A DNA stretch of 64,000 bases from Zygnema circumcarinatum SAG 698-1b (taxonomy: Eukaryota > Plantae > Zygnematophyceae), in the NCBI GenBank assembly GCA_037447605.1, contig CM074817.1:248001-312000 (forward strand), in the 5' to 3' direction. Both the position numbers and the translations under genes were made by a program. This document shows, piece by piece, positions 21,746 through 33,107 of this stretch (positions are counted from its first letter, which is position 1; each line of letters starts with the position of its first letter). The notes beneath the pieces are model-generated. The model worked only from the letters and a program-made list of their open reading frames with translations, searched no databases and had not been told where the DNA came from.

Positions 21746-24123
21746 TCAGCAAACCATCTTCCTTAGCTGATTCGTCAAATGGCCCGCCACAGTCATTCTC
21801 GGGGCTTCTGGAATGCTCTCCAGAGTGGATTGCGGACTCCCTTTCCCGCCTTGAAGCCCTCCGGAAGAGGAAGCCTCACTCAGACCCTTCACTTCCTCCA
21901 CATTCCCAGGGATAACGCATTCCGCTCTCTCCTCTGTTAGCGTAGACTGACCTCTGTTTCCCTGAAGGGGCTTCTCCAGAATAAGCTCCCTCTTGGACGG
22001 AAATTTCTGGTGAGGTTCAGACAAAAAGAAGGGTCGAGGGGTCGTCTGCGCAGGAGAAACTGGCGGGTGAGGATTCATTGAAGGCTCTTCTTTCCCCTTC
22101 CCTTGATGGTTAGGCTCTCTCGATTGCTGAAGGAAGCGGAAAGGTTTTGTCAATGCAGCTGCGAATGGAGTGACATGGTTGTGCTCTCCATCCTTCTTGG
22201 GCGTCCCTGGGGGAGTAGGCATCAACTGCGAAAAACTAGGTTTAGGTGGCATAGCTCGGGGTGACGCTTGTGGGGAAGGAGTCCTTGGAGGAGAAAACTG
22301 CCCTTTTGGAGCAGAGAGCGCCTGAGGAACAGGATGGTGATGGTCTGCATACTCTCGTGGAGACCATGGAACGGGAGGTTGGGTGAAGGAGAAGACGGAA
22401 GCCTGCTGTTGATGAACAAACGGTTTGGGCCGACTTCGGGGTGCTGATTTTGGGCAGTGAGCGAGAATCCACGGATGTGTCAATATATCATCGATTGTCG
22501 CCCTTCTCTTTGGATCCATGGTGAGCATCTTCCTCACAAGTGATTTGGCCTCCGGGGAGATGACCTGCCACGGCTTCTTGAAGAAATCCGCCTCGCCTCG
22601 ACACACTGCTGCAAATGTCTGTTCGTGAGTTTTGCCCCAGAATGGGAGAAATCCTGTTCCAAGGATACAAAACAGCGATTCAAGTAGTAAGAAAAAGAAC
22701 AGCAAAATTGGCACAACGAAATGCCTCACTCTTTGTAAAACAATTTTGCTATAGCAAACAAGAAACAAAAGAATGCAAATTTCTCTGTTCAAGCATCCAA
22801 CGAATCTGCTACTATACGGCAACTGAACAAAACATTCAAAACCTCTCCGCAAGTAGTAGCGTCTTCTGAAAGGAAAAATCATTTCAGAAGTCGTTGGTTT
22901 ACCTGAGAGTGCAGTGTAAAGAATAACCCCGAGACTCCATACATCGATCTCCTCATCATAAGGCCTTCTCTTTACGAGCTCCGGAGCCATGTAAAACGGC
23001 GAGCCAGCAAGACCACTTGCCATCTCTCCCGGTTTGACAACAACGGCAAGCCCGAAGTCAGCAAGCTTCACTTGCAGCTCTCCGTGGCCGTCATGGGGGA
23101 CCTTTGAGAAAAGAATGTTTTCTGGCTTCAGATCTCTGTGGATTACACCTCGGCTGTGACAGTACTGCACTGCTAGAACCACTTGTCTGCAGCAACGAAC
23201 GAACAGCAATGAAACAGAGTAAGTTCCTGATTGGATATTGAACAAACGTTGCCCTTACGAGAGGAATTCACAATGCAGGAGATGCAGGCAAAGTACTTTT
23301 TTCAAAAACAACGATCTGCACGATTGATAAGCTTTCCTATCACGTGAAGAAGCCAGTTGTAGTAAGGATGTGAAGATGTACCTGAAGATTTTGGCTGCCT
23401 CGGGCTCTGGAAGCCGCCGTTTCCGAGCAATATAATCGAATAAGTCACCCTCTTTGCATAACTCCATCACCAAATGAACTGCTTCCGAATCTTCAAACAC
23501 ATCCTTCAGCTGCACAACGTTTGCATGGCCGCCCAAACGTTCCATCACTCCAATCTCGGCTTGGAGCTCTTTGATCTCTTCCTTCTTCTGCATTCAGAAT
23601 TAAAAAAAATGATATCGATGAGTCCCCTTGAAAGGACCAAAACAAAACGAATCACAGCCTTGAAATGGCATATTCACGGCAGTAAAAGCATCAATCTCAA
23701 TCAGCAGGCTACAAGAAAGCACTTCACACAAGACACTCCAGCTCCGATTGAACACATGGCATGAATCAATACCTTGAGATTCTCCTTATTTATGGACTTG
23801 CAAGCAACGAGCTCCAGAGTTTTTCGATTCTCGCACTGTCTTACAACGCCGAAGTGTCCCCTCCCAAGCTCTCTCCCCAGCACATAGTGCTCCCTAATGT
23901 TCCCTGTCACTTCACACAGTATTGATTCCTCCGGGCTGCGTGGGCCATCCTGCAGCCCAAGCAACAGAGATAGCTTCGGCACAAAGGCTCCGCCTTCTGA
24001 CTGATCCTCCTCCATGGGAGCCGAAATCTCTAGAGGAACCGGCTTCCGCGGCGGCACCTTGACTGTCAACTTCTTGTCCGGAAAAACCGCAAGGGCCGTG
24101 TCTTGCATCCATTCGAACCCCAT
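21746..24123 (-). CDS. Ser/Thr protein kinase, CDPK-related without EF-hand domain (PEPKR-like)
   Basis: Exons 24123-23773, 23587-23382, 23186-22903 and 22653-21746. Motifs LGRGHFGVV, ACKSI, HRDLKPENIL, LADFG, GSPFYMAPE, DVWSLGVI, PFWG, W..IS..AK.LV.KML..DP..R. The C-tail is Pro/Ser-rich with no EF hands. Confidence 0.9.
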
Positions 24124-25719
24124 GGCACCTCCAGCGACGATCGCTCAATAACCTAACGCTTCACTGCTCCTGGTCCCCCCCTTCTATGCCCTAATAAAAC
24201 CTCCTCTGCCTTCACTCTCCACTCTCCTCCACTCCTCCAGGAACAAGTGCCAAGTCTTAAACCTTCAGAATCCCACTCAACCACCTTCGTGTCTATCCCC
24301 CTTCCTCACACCTGTTCTGACCTCTCTCCGTCTCCTCCAAGCGCCCTCCTCTCCCCTCCCTCTTTCTCTCTCTCTCTTCTCCTCCCAAAGTCCTGCAGGA
24401 GCAGCTCCAAATATTTGCAAGTGCCCACCAAACCCTTGGAGCCTGTGTCCTGCAGATCGACCCTCCCTCTCTGTATATAGGACCAGGGGGGCGGAGGGCA
24501 CTTGGCGCCCTCCACAGAGGGGCAGACTGAGGGGGCGCCACGTGTTGGCAGGGGCAGCCGCGCCCGTACGTGCGGAGCGATCGCCGCGTCAGAGCGCGCC
24601 ACGTTGCGGGGCCGGGGAAGGACCGCCGTGGATTTGGACCGCGTTACCTTTTTGGCAAGTGGAGGGACGGTCGCAGAGGCGTCGCAGAGACGGAAACAGA
24701 GGGATAGGATTGGCTGACAGGAGTCGCAATACTGTCGCAGACGTCGCAGGGTTTGCGTCGCAGGAGGACAAACGAATTTTGGGTGACGTGTCCAGAAAGC
24801 GTCACGTGGTGCAAGGCTATTGGATGTTGGAAGTGAGTTCGAGTGATCCGGATCGTCGTCAGCTCTCGGGGACAAACTAACAAACTAATTTTTTAATTCC
24901 CTTTTTCTTTCATTAAAATTCATTGCAACGCTGCGCGCAACCGAACGGGCAGTTTATGGACCACCATGATAAAATGTTTCGGGGCGGACATAACGAGTAG
25001 AATATGGGATGTCCACATTCGGGCAGATTGTAAAATAGTTTTTACCTGCCCATTTTGTTATTCAAAGGAAGACTTGTGGTACACGCCGCCCAGCGGCTCT
25101 CTCTGCCGTATCCCTAGAACGATCCTGAAAATTTTAGCTTTCGGGCAGGCACGCGGCAGCCAATCGGAGCGCAGCAATTGATTCTCGCCGCGGGTCGCGG
25201 CAGGACTCTCGTCAAAAAGGGTCAACGATTTCATGCCACGTGTAACCACAACCGTTTTTAGCACGCCACGCGTCCTGAAGCTTCATCGAACGTGGCATAA
25301 AGCGACAAACGGTTATAATAGGTCGGTGGCTGTCGTGTTACCTGCGCTGTCCGCCAACGCGGCCCATAACGACAAACTCTCCTCGTAGGTCGGCAGCTGT
25401 TGTGTTGCATGGCCTGTCCGCCACGCGTCCTTCTAGAAGCGGAGCCAGCTTGCAAGTGACAGGTGTCGGTTTGCGGTCACTGGCGGTTCTTGTCCCTATC
25501 GGTTGTGTGACGTCATTATTGCACGGCTGACGTCTTCTACTGGCTGACGTGGGGACATCTACAGTAGGAGTACAGTACTGTAGAGCCAAAGCCGGCTGTA
25601 CGGTCGGTGACCGACCGACCGGAAACGGTCAACCGACGGCTCGTTTTCCCGTCAAAACGACAGCGACAGTTCGGTATTCTGACTAAGACATGGTCAACTA
25701 GTTTCAAGTTAGTCATCTC

Positions 25720-25819
25720 TTTGACTCATAACATCACTTTGACTCATAACATCACTTTGACTCATAACATCACTTCGACTCATAACGTCACTTTGACTCA
25801 TAACATCACTTTGACTCAT
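25720..25819 (+). repeat. 18-bp tandem repeat (TTTGACTCATAACATCAC) x5.5, each unit carrying a TGACTCAT core
   Basis: Cores at 25722, 25740, 25758, 25776 (CGACTCAT), 25794 and 25812. Confidence 0.95.
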
Positions 25820-27063
25820 CAGTGGATTAACTCAGCCATTTATGGTTAACCAGCCATCGTGTCCGCGTGCTTCTCTATTGGCCCAACAAGTCAGCAGCAG
25901 GGACAGGCCGCCAGGGAGGGAGAGAGGGGGAAAGTGAGGGAGCGGACGCGAGAGAGTCATAGGCCGCGAGGGAGGGAGGGAGGGAGAGAGAGGGAGAGAG
26001 AGAGAGAGAAGGAGAAAGAGAGAGTGGAGCGAAAGAGAATTCTTCTACAACTTAGACTCAATTTGGAAGGTCCCTAAGTTTCATTGAAGGATTTGTACAT
26101 CTGAGAAGGAGCACTTGAAAATACAAACAAAAAATAAAAATACCACATCATATGTAGAGAAGGTAAACTTGCTAGCCTTTTGGATTACTGTAATGCGCGT
26201 TCCAAAAAAAATGACAGCAAGTCTACGCGTGCAATCAAGTTGTTGTTGTTGTGTACGTTTCAAACAACTTCTCATGCCTAGGTTCAAACTTCATCTCTTG
26301 GCGGCGCGGGGTGTATGGCTTGGTCAGTGGCCTCTCTTCGCTTGCTTCACTGATGACCTGCATTGGCATTGTCTTTAGCTTTCTCCAATGACCTGCATTC
26401 GCACTATGTTCAGAAATTTGTTGGGGGGTGGTGTATGTATGTTTCATACTTGTGTCTTTTATTTTTAAGAGAGAATATAAAACAAAGAAGCATGTAAGAA
26501 TATAGAAGAATAAGAAAGAAGAAGAATGTAAGGAGGCGCAAGGAGTAGCAACGTTGGTGTTTTCAGGAGGATGAGAGCAAACGGCAGGCGATGTCCGAGA
26601 CTTATCCAATACTTTTCTACCAATGAAATGAAGCCATGTCGTAACGTTTGCCTACGTGGCAGAATTTGGTTGGTCATTTCCTCCTTAGTTTGCCACGTGG
26701 ACATTATATGCGCTTTCCCATTGGTCGTCTGATCGACCGTACAGCTCCGGCATCTTTCGGGCTCTATGTACGATCTCGGTCACAGTTCTGTGGAAAACGC
26801 AACTGCTAACTGGAAGTGATTCTCACAAATTTCGTACATAGATCCAAGTTTCTTGGACTGCCAAATTTGAAGACGGCCTTTTTTCTCCATTTGGGAAGCC
26901 ATTGCGCGCCGAACAATCCAATCCCCATGCGCCACGTAGATACTTGTGTACACGTGGCGGGCTATCATTGGTTGAAGATACAGAAGTTTTACAATGGAAA
27001 AGGGTCCTGCTGCTCTGATAGAGAGAGAGCGGTGCTCTTGCAGGAGGCGAGGACAAGTCCGCC

Positions 27064-28706
27064 ATGGCTGCCCTGCTCCCATGCGCCGCCCTGCCATCCC
27101 GTAAAGCCTTCTACTTCTCCTCTATTGGAAATGGAAATGTGCACAGTGAGGAGAGGTTTTTGTCTTCGCTTCCTTGCACGGCCGCCATTTCCATGCCTGA
27201 GAGCTCCGTTGCAGAAAGCGCTGCCAGTTCCAGGCCTCCTCGCAGGTAATGGGTTTCAAGCCTCTGCTGAGTTCAGAATAATTTAAATGTACTTTAGAAA
27301 AAAAAACTATGTTTGTTTTTTTGTTTGTGTGTTGTTGTTGAAGGGTGTGGCTGCCTAACGCACTTCAGTTTCTTGTTAGTGCGTTTCTGGTCTCGTCATG
27401 GAAATGAATTTCACGTTTCCGACTATGCATTTCCATTTTTTCTCCATGTGCCACAGCCGCGCTTTGCCAGTCTCAGATTTCTGTGTACGGAACACTTCAG
27501 TTTTTTTTTTTTTTAGATTGTTATTTATTTTAAATAAGACTCTACAAAATTTTCTCGTTTAAAAAATTAGAAATAAAAATCGTCTTTTCTTGAGTACTTC
27601 TCTGAGAAGGAATCGGCAACAGCAGGTCCTGTGCATTCTCCTTGCCGTGTTTCAACGACTGTACGCCTGGTAAGTCATGATGGAGTGCCGAAAGAATCCA
27701 AGAGCCCCTCGATAGCTTCACATAACTTAGCTAGCTTACTAACCATCTGGTCGGCTACTTAGGAAGATAGACCAGTCAGCTACTTAGTTCTTCAGTTAGC
27801 TTGGTCCGTTAGCTAGTTATGGTTCAGTTTTGCTGCTGGTTTTCAGAGAACTCGTGCTTAGAAACATAAAAGCACACGGAAAGAATCAATATGCACGCTT
27901 CTGGCAGTTCGTAAAAGCGCTGTGTCAGAGGGCAGTACATTTTGAATCAGCAGGTGAATACAGTTGTGTTTACCAGGCTACTCTTGTGCAACGAGCAAGC
28001 TCGTTGAATCACTCTTGTCTTTGTTGTGAAAGAAAGGGGGCATCACGCCTATCGTCTCCATCTGCCCTCTGTTGCACCTTTGGGTCTCCTTTATCCGTGA
28101 AAGAGTTAGAAACCTTGCAGAATCTGAGCTTAGGGGAATGGCATGCGAGGGTCGTCGGTCAGCGTCTGATCTTGCAAAGTATTGTTTTCAGCCTGCGCAT
28201 GCACTAACGCATACAACATAATGCGTTGAATCACGTAAAGAAGGGCCTGTGAAGATTGTTGGGAGTGACTTTGGATCACGATGTACTGCAAGAACGCTTC
28301 TCGGAGCTGTCGCTCTTACAACGCATGCAGAAATGAAAACTGTTTAAGGGTATTAGCAAGCCTATCTGCAAGCAATACATTTTCCGTTTGTTTTCTGAAG
28401 TTGCCTATTTCATCCACATCTGTCGATTTGATTCTCATTTCCTTGAGTTCGTTCCACGTCTGTTTCAGGCATGTGCTGGCGGTTGCAGCAGCAGCAGCAG
28501 CCATGGCTGGCGTGAGCTTTTGCGACGTTCCTGAGGCGCATGCAGCAAGACGGAAGCCGCCTGAAGAGGAAAAGAAGAAGAAGAAGAAAGAGGAGAACAA
28601 GGAACTGAGTGGATATCAGGCCAAGCTGTTGGATTCTATGAAACGCAAAGACTCTTTCAAAGAGTCTATCAATGCACGGAAGGCAAAGGCAGACTCTCCT
28701 CAGTGA
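27064..28706 (+). CDS. Small (~139 aa) uncharacterised plastid protein with a bipartite transit peptide and twin-arginine (Tat) lumen signal
   Basis: Exons 27064-27245 and 28469-28706 (420 nt). Ser/Ala-rich N-terminus, RR-hydrophobic-AHA cleavage site, Lys-rich mature part. The stop overlaps a possible donor CA|GTGAGT, so the last few residues are uncertain. Confidence 0.75.
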
Positions 28707-30604
28707 GTCCTTTGGCGGAGGCTCGTCCAACGCCTTCACAATTTCTCAGTGTTTATTTGCTATTGTTAAGATTTTATCCGAACAAAAAATTTGCGTAGTT
28801 TTCGTTCTTTTTCTTGGAATTTGATCAGATTTTTTATGTATTGCCTTAATCGACATAGCGTGTACCCTTAGTTTTTTTGTGCGCAGCCCGATTTCCTTGT
28901 TTTGAATTGGATTGGTTTGGTTTTGGATTAGCTCCATTTTAGCATCACAACTTGCGTTTAATTCGAAGGTTAGAAAAAAGAAAACCGAGCTCGGTGCATC
29001 TGCACAGTGAGCCGTGTACTAGAGGGGGCACCAATCAATGGCGAACCCAAAGAAAGTGAGGGCTGGCTTGCATCGAGAACCAAGAGAGAGAGAGAGAGAG
29101 AGCACATGACGGAGCATAAGAGTCATAGCTTTCTTCTTCTTCTTTTTGCCTTGAGTATGGCTCACTTTCAAGGATTTCAGTAGGAGAAAAAAAAAAGTTT
29201 GCCCTATTTTGTACGCATTGTGCGACTTGTGCTCCCTGCAAAGAACACGTTTTTTCATCGACACGAACAAGGTCTGCTGAAAACAAAATCCCGTAACGAA
29301 AAAACGGAGATTGAAATGCTCTGTTTAGGTGCTTTAGAATAGAATAGATTTCGGAAGTTGAATCGGATCAAAGAAACAAGCCTGAGTAAAAATCGACAGC
29401 CAAACTTCCCTAAAGGAATCGGGACGGACAGAAGCCAAATTCCCATTAACTTTATCGAGGGGTTACACAGCCAGCCAGGGATAGGGAGAGGGAGAGGGCG
29501 AATTCGGGATACCCGATGAGCATTTTCGGTGACAAACATATTTACAAATTAATACACATCTCTCCAAGTTCAGATGTTGCACAGTCACGAGCAAAGGCGC
29601 CTCTGCCTACCTCCTACCTCCGTACCCATAAAAATAGAGAGAGAGAGAGAGTGAGAGAGAGAAAGAGAGAAAGACCTCCAATTCAGCCTACGCCACCTGG
29701 CCCATTATAGCCTACCTCTTTATCTTTCAGCTGCCACACTCCTTTCCAGTTAACGGCATTTGTCCATCCCATTTGTCGTACCTCAACGAACAGCGAACCG
29801 CACAAGTTTCCGTTTTATCCGTTCACACACTCCCAGGCTCAAGGGCTCCCCTGGACACTCTAAGTAGTGAAGTTTAAACTGCCTCTATGTCTCCCTTCCA
29901 CATATTGAATCCATCTGCAAACAGAGAAGTATAGGGTCAAAAAATAACCTTTTTCAGATATGCTATGTCGTAGGCTGCCAGGCTCCCGGGGCCTCTCTCT
30001 CTCTCTCTCCTCCAAAGGACTTGTAGTGCTAAGGAGATAAGCTGAACTCCAACTTCCAAGGCCGAAAGGGACATAAAGAAACTCTTCAACTCACTTGTTC
30101 CAGCCTGTTCAGCAATTAGCTGCATGGAATCACCAGTCTCTTCTAACCACGGAGCATAGGAGCATAGAAATGGCCCATTTCGGATGCTTGTCACTTCTGC
30201 ATGGAGACTATAGGAGAAAGAGTTTCAGTAGCCGCTTGAATTGCTCCTCAAAGATTCAACGCCATTGATATCCGAATGGCCAAAATGAATACGGCGGAAG
30301 AGTAAGGCGAAAGAGTAAAGAGCCGAGTGCATATTCTAACAGAGTAATATCCAAACGTTTCTTGACGTGACTTTTCCAGAAATAATCTTTACATACGCTC
30401 CCCTCCTGCTCTACCGAGGAAGGTGGGGGCTCCTCCATAACAAGAGGTCGCCTTTTATGGTGCGAATAAGCACCGCTTCATTTCAAAAATTCATTTAGAT
30501 AAAGACTTGCCGCCACACCCTTGGCAGCACAAAAGAAAACCCTTTTGTTGGAGAGAAGACTTCGATCCAAGATGGAAATTGAAGAAGCTTGCGGTGGTAC
30601 AAAT

Positions 30605-31963
30605 TTAGAACATGTCCAATTCTGTGAGGTCATCCATTGGCACAGCCAACCCCTCTTCAGGCAGCTCTAACCCATCTACCGGGTCCTCTGTAAGACCTTC
30701 CAACCAACCAAAATCGTCCCGTGCAAGTACATCTCCAAGGTCCATCTCGCTCGTAAAGTTGAAAGCAGTCTCCACATCTTGTTGAGTTGAAACAGATATT
30801 CCGGTAGCAGGGAAAGGGACTAAGTTCTCAATGGCAGATGAGGGTTGTTCCATACTGCCCACATTCATTCCCTTCACATTTTCTCCTCCCAGAACCCCCC
30901 CCTCTTGTTCCTCTGTTTCTATGGCAAGGGGGGGCTCCCTAAAACCCCCATTCGCTTCATTACCAAAGCTTACCCCTCTATTTCTCTGTCGGCCCTTCGT
31001 CGTCCTATCATGACTAATCTTCTCTGCAGCTTTTCCCTCCCCTCTCTCTCTCTCTGTCCTTTTCCCCACAGCTATGTTTGCCAGCTTCCAATCAGAATCC
31101 CTCTCTGTACGCTTGCGTTTGACATTGCCAAGTGGGGCAACGATAGGTGCCTCAGTTATTACATCGTTGGATACTCTACCTCCTCCAACCTCAGCCAACC
31201 GTACAGTCTTCTCCTTCACTCTCTCAAGAGCACTACGGCTTTCCGAAGCTCTCCCAGACATTGTGAAACTTCCCGTCCCTCCCCCCTCCCGTTCCGCTTC
31301 CACTCTCTCTCTAGAATCTCCACGACGACCCGCTGCTTGGGCGGGATTTGCGTCTGCTTTTTCCAAGAAGGACAAGAGAAGCGAGAGGAGGAGGTACAGC
31401 AATGCAACTCATTTAGAAGTTCTTATAGAGAAAGAAATTAGGACGGTGTGTGGGAACGCGGGAGAGGGTACTCCCATATCACCTTTCCACCTTTTCACCT
31501 TTCCGAAGCAAGTCAGAACACATGACACTACGTAACTTAGACACAAATGACGAGCATATACACAAGCATATATCCTGAGCGAGTGTGTGTTCAAGAGGGC
31601 CATAGAAAAGAAGCTCCTAAGTCATGAGAAGAGGTGCTGGAAAAAAGGTTACCTGACGTGAGACCTGCAGCAGCCATGGCAGCCTTGTAGCTGGAGAGAA
31701 GGGAGGACTCAGTATCTATTGCTGATGTATCTTTCCCATTACCAAAGAGAATATCTCTCAACGCTTGAGCTTGGAAGCAGCTCCTCCCTCCCTCAAACTC
31801 CTCCCACTTCTTGAGAGCGCGCTTTGCAGCCGCTAAGGCAGATTGGCGCGCTCCTTTCCCGGCCATGGCTGCCTTCGCAGATGATCCGTTCTGCGCACTC
31901 TTGCACTGGAAAGGCAAAAGACACGCAAAGAGAGAAAGGGGGGGAGAGAGGGAGAGCGAGGGA

Positions 31964-32033
<70 letters not shown>

Positions 32034-33048
32034 GAGTGAGTGTGTGTGTGTGTGGAGACGGGGCGAGCGGGGGAGAGAGAGGGAGGACGAGCGAGAGAGA
32101 GAGAGAGAAAGATCCCGATGGAAAGCATTTCCTCGCAGCACCTGCCCTAGCATTTTAAGAACAAAACTCCCTGTCGAGAAGACAATTCTTCCATTTCCTC
32201 AATTTCAAAAAGTATGTTCAGAAGCCATGAAACCCCATATTCACATTGGCTGAATTCCGCTATGAAGTGCGTCAGACCAAACTGTGCACAAATATTTTTA
32301 GAGCTTACCATTCGGCGTTCATATACAGCTTCCAAAAGTCTCTGCAAAGCGAGCCTTTCCCTTTGCCTGACCCTCCCCGCAAATGAACATTGTTTCATTC
32401 AGTCAACTCGCATTGGTTCACATGCACGCTCCGTAAATGTAAAAACAAAACAAACCCAAAAAAACAAATGGAAGAAATGGTTGAACATTTAAGGGTAGTG
32501 CGGAAAGCCGGATAAGTTTTATGTAGCAAATTCCATTCACGATGATGCAATCTCACCTCTCTTCTTCCGCACGATTCGATGCCATCGTCGTTTCCAAAGC
32601 TTTCACTCTCCTCTTTGTGCTATTCATCTGCCCACCCAGAAAATTTCCTTGTTCACCCCGTGATTCTCAAGATCTACTCGCCACCCTTGAAACAATCCAC
32701 CATTGGATTCAACAATTGCCAACCATTGGTTGGTGGCCAAGTCAGCCACAATGGTTGGTTGCAACAGTTGAAGTGGTCAAACTAGCGATGATGCCGAAAC
32801 GAATCTTCTCGAAACGAATTTGAATATTCTTGGGTTCCCTCAGTTTCAACTTCTGGAAAACTTCTGGCAAAAGATGCTGCTTTATAAGAGCTCTTACCTC
32901 TTGTCGAAGCTCTACTTGAAGCTGCCTCAATTGTATGCACAATTCATCATCTTCCCTTTGTGCCACGTTGGGCTGCTCAGCCCCCCCCAAACGAGGGAGG
33001 GATTGTGAGACTCATACATCACATGTTGGTTTCAATCATCTCTCTCTC

Positions 33049-33107
<59 letters not shown>

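Noticed and set aside
22654-22902. 249-nt in-frame, stop-free kinase intron as a functional exitron
   Set aside because: Retention would insert 83 aa into the kinase C-lobe. The chance of a stop-free frame is ~2%, and with dozens of introns in the window one such case is unremarkable.
25720-25819. CRISPR-like array
   Set aside because: Head-to-tail repeat without unique spacers, in a eukaryotic genome with no cas genes
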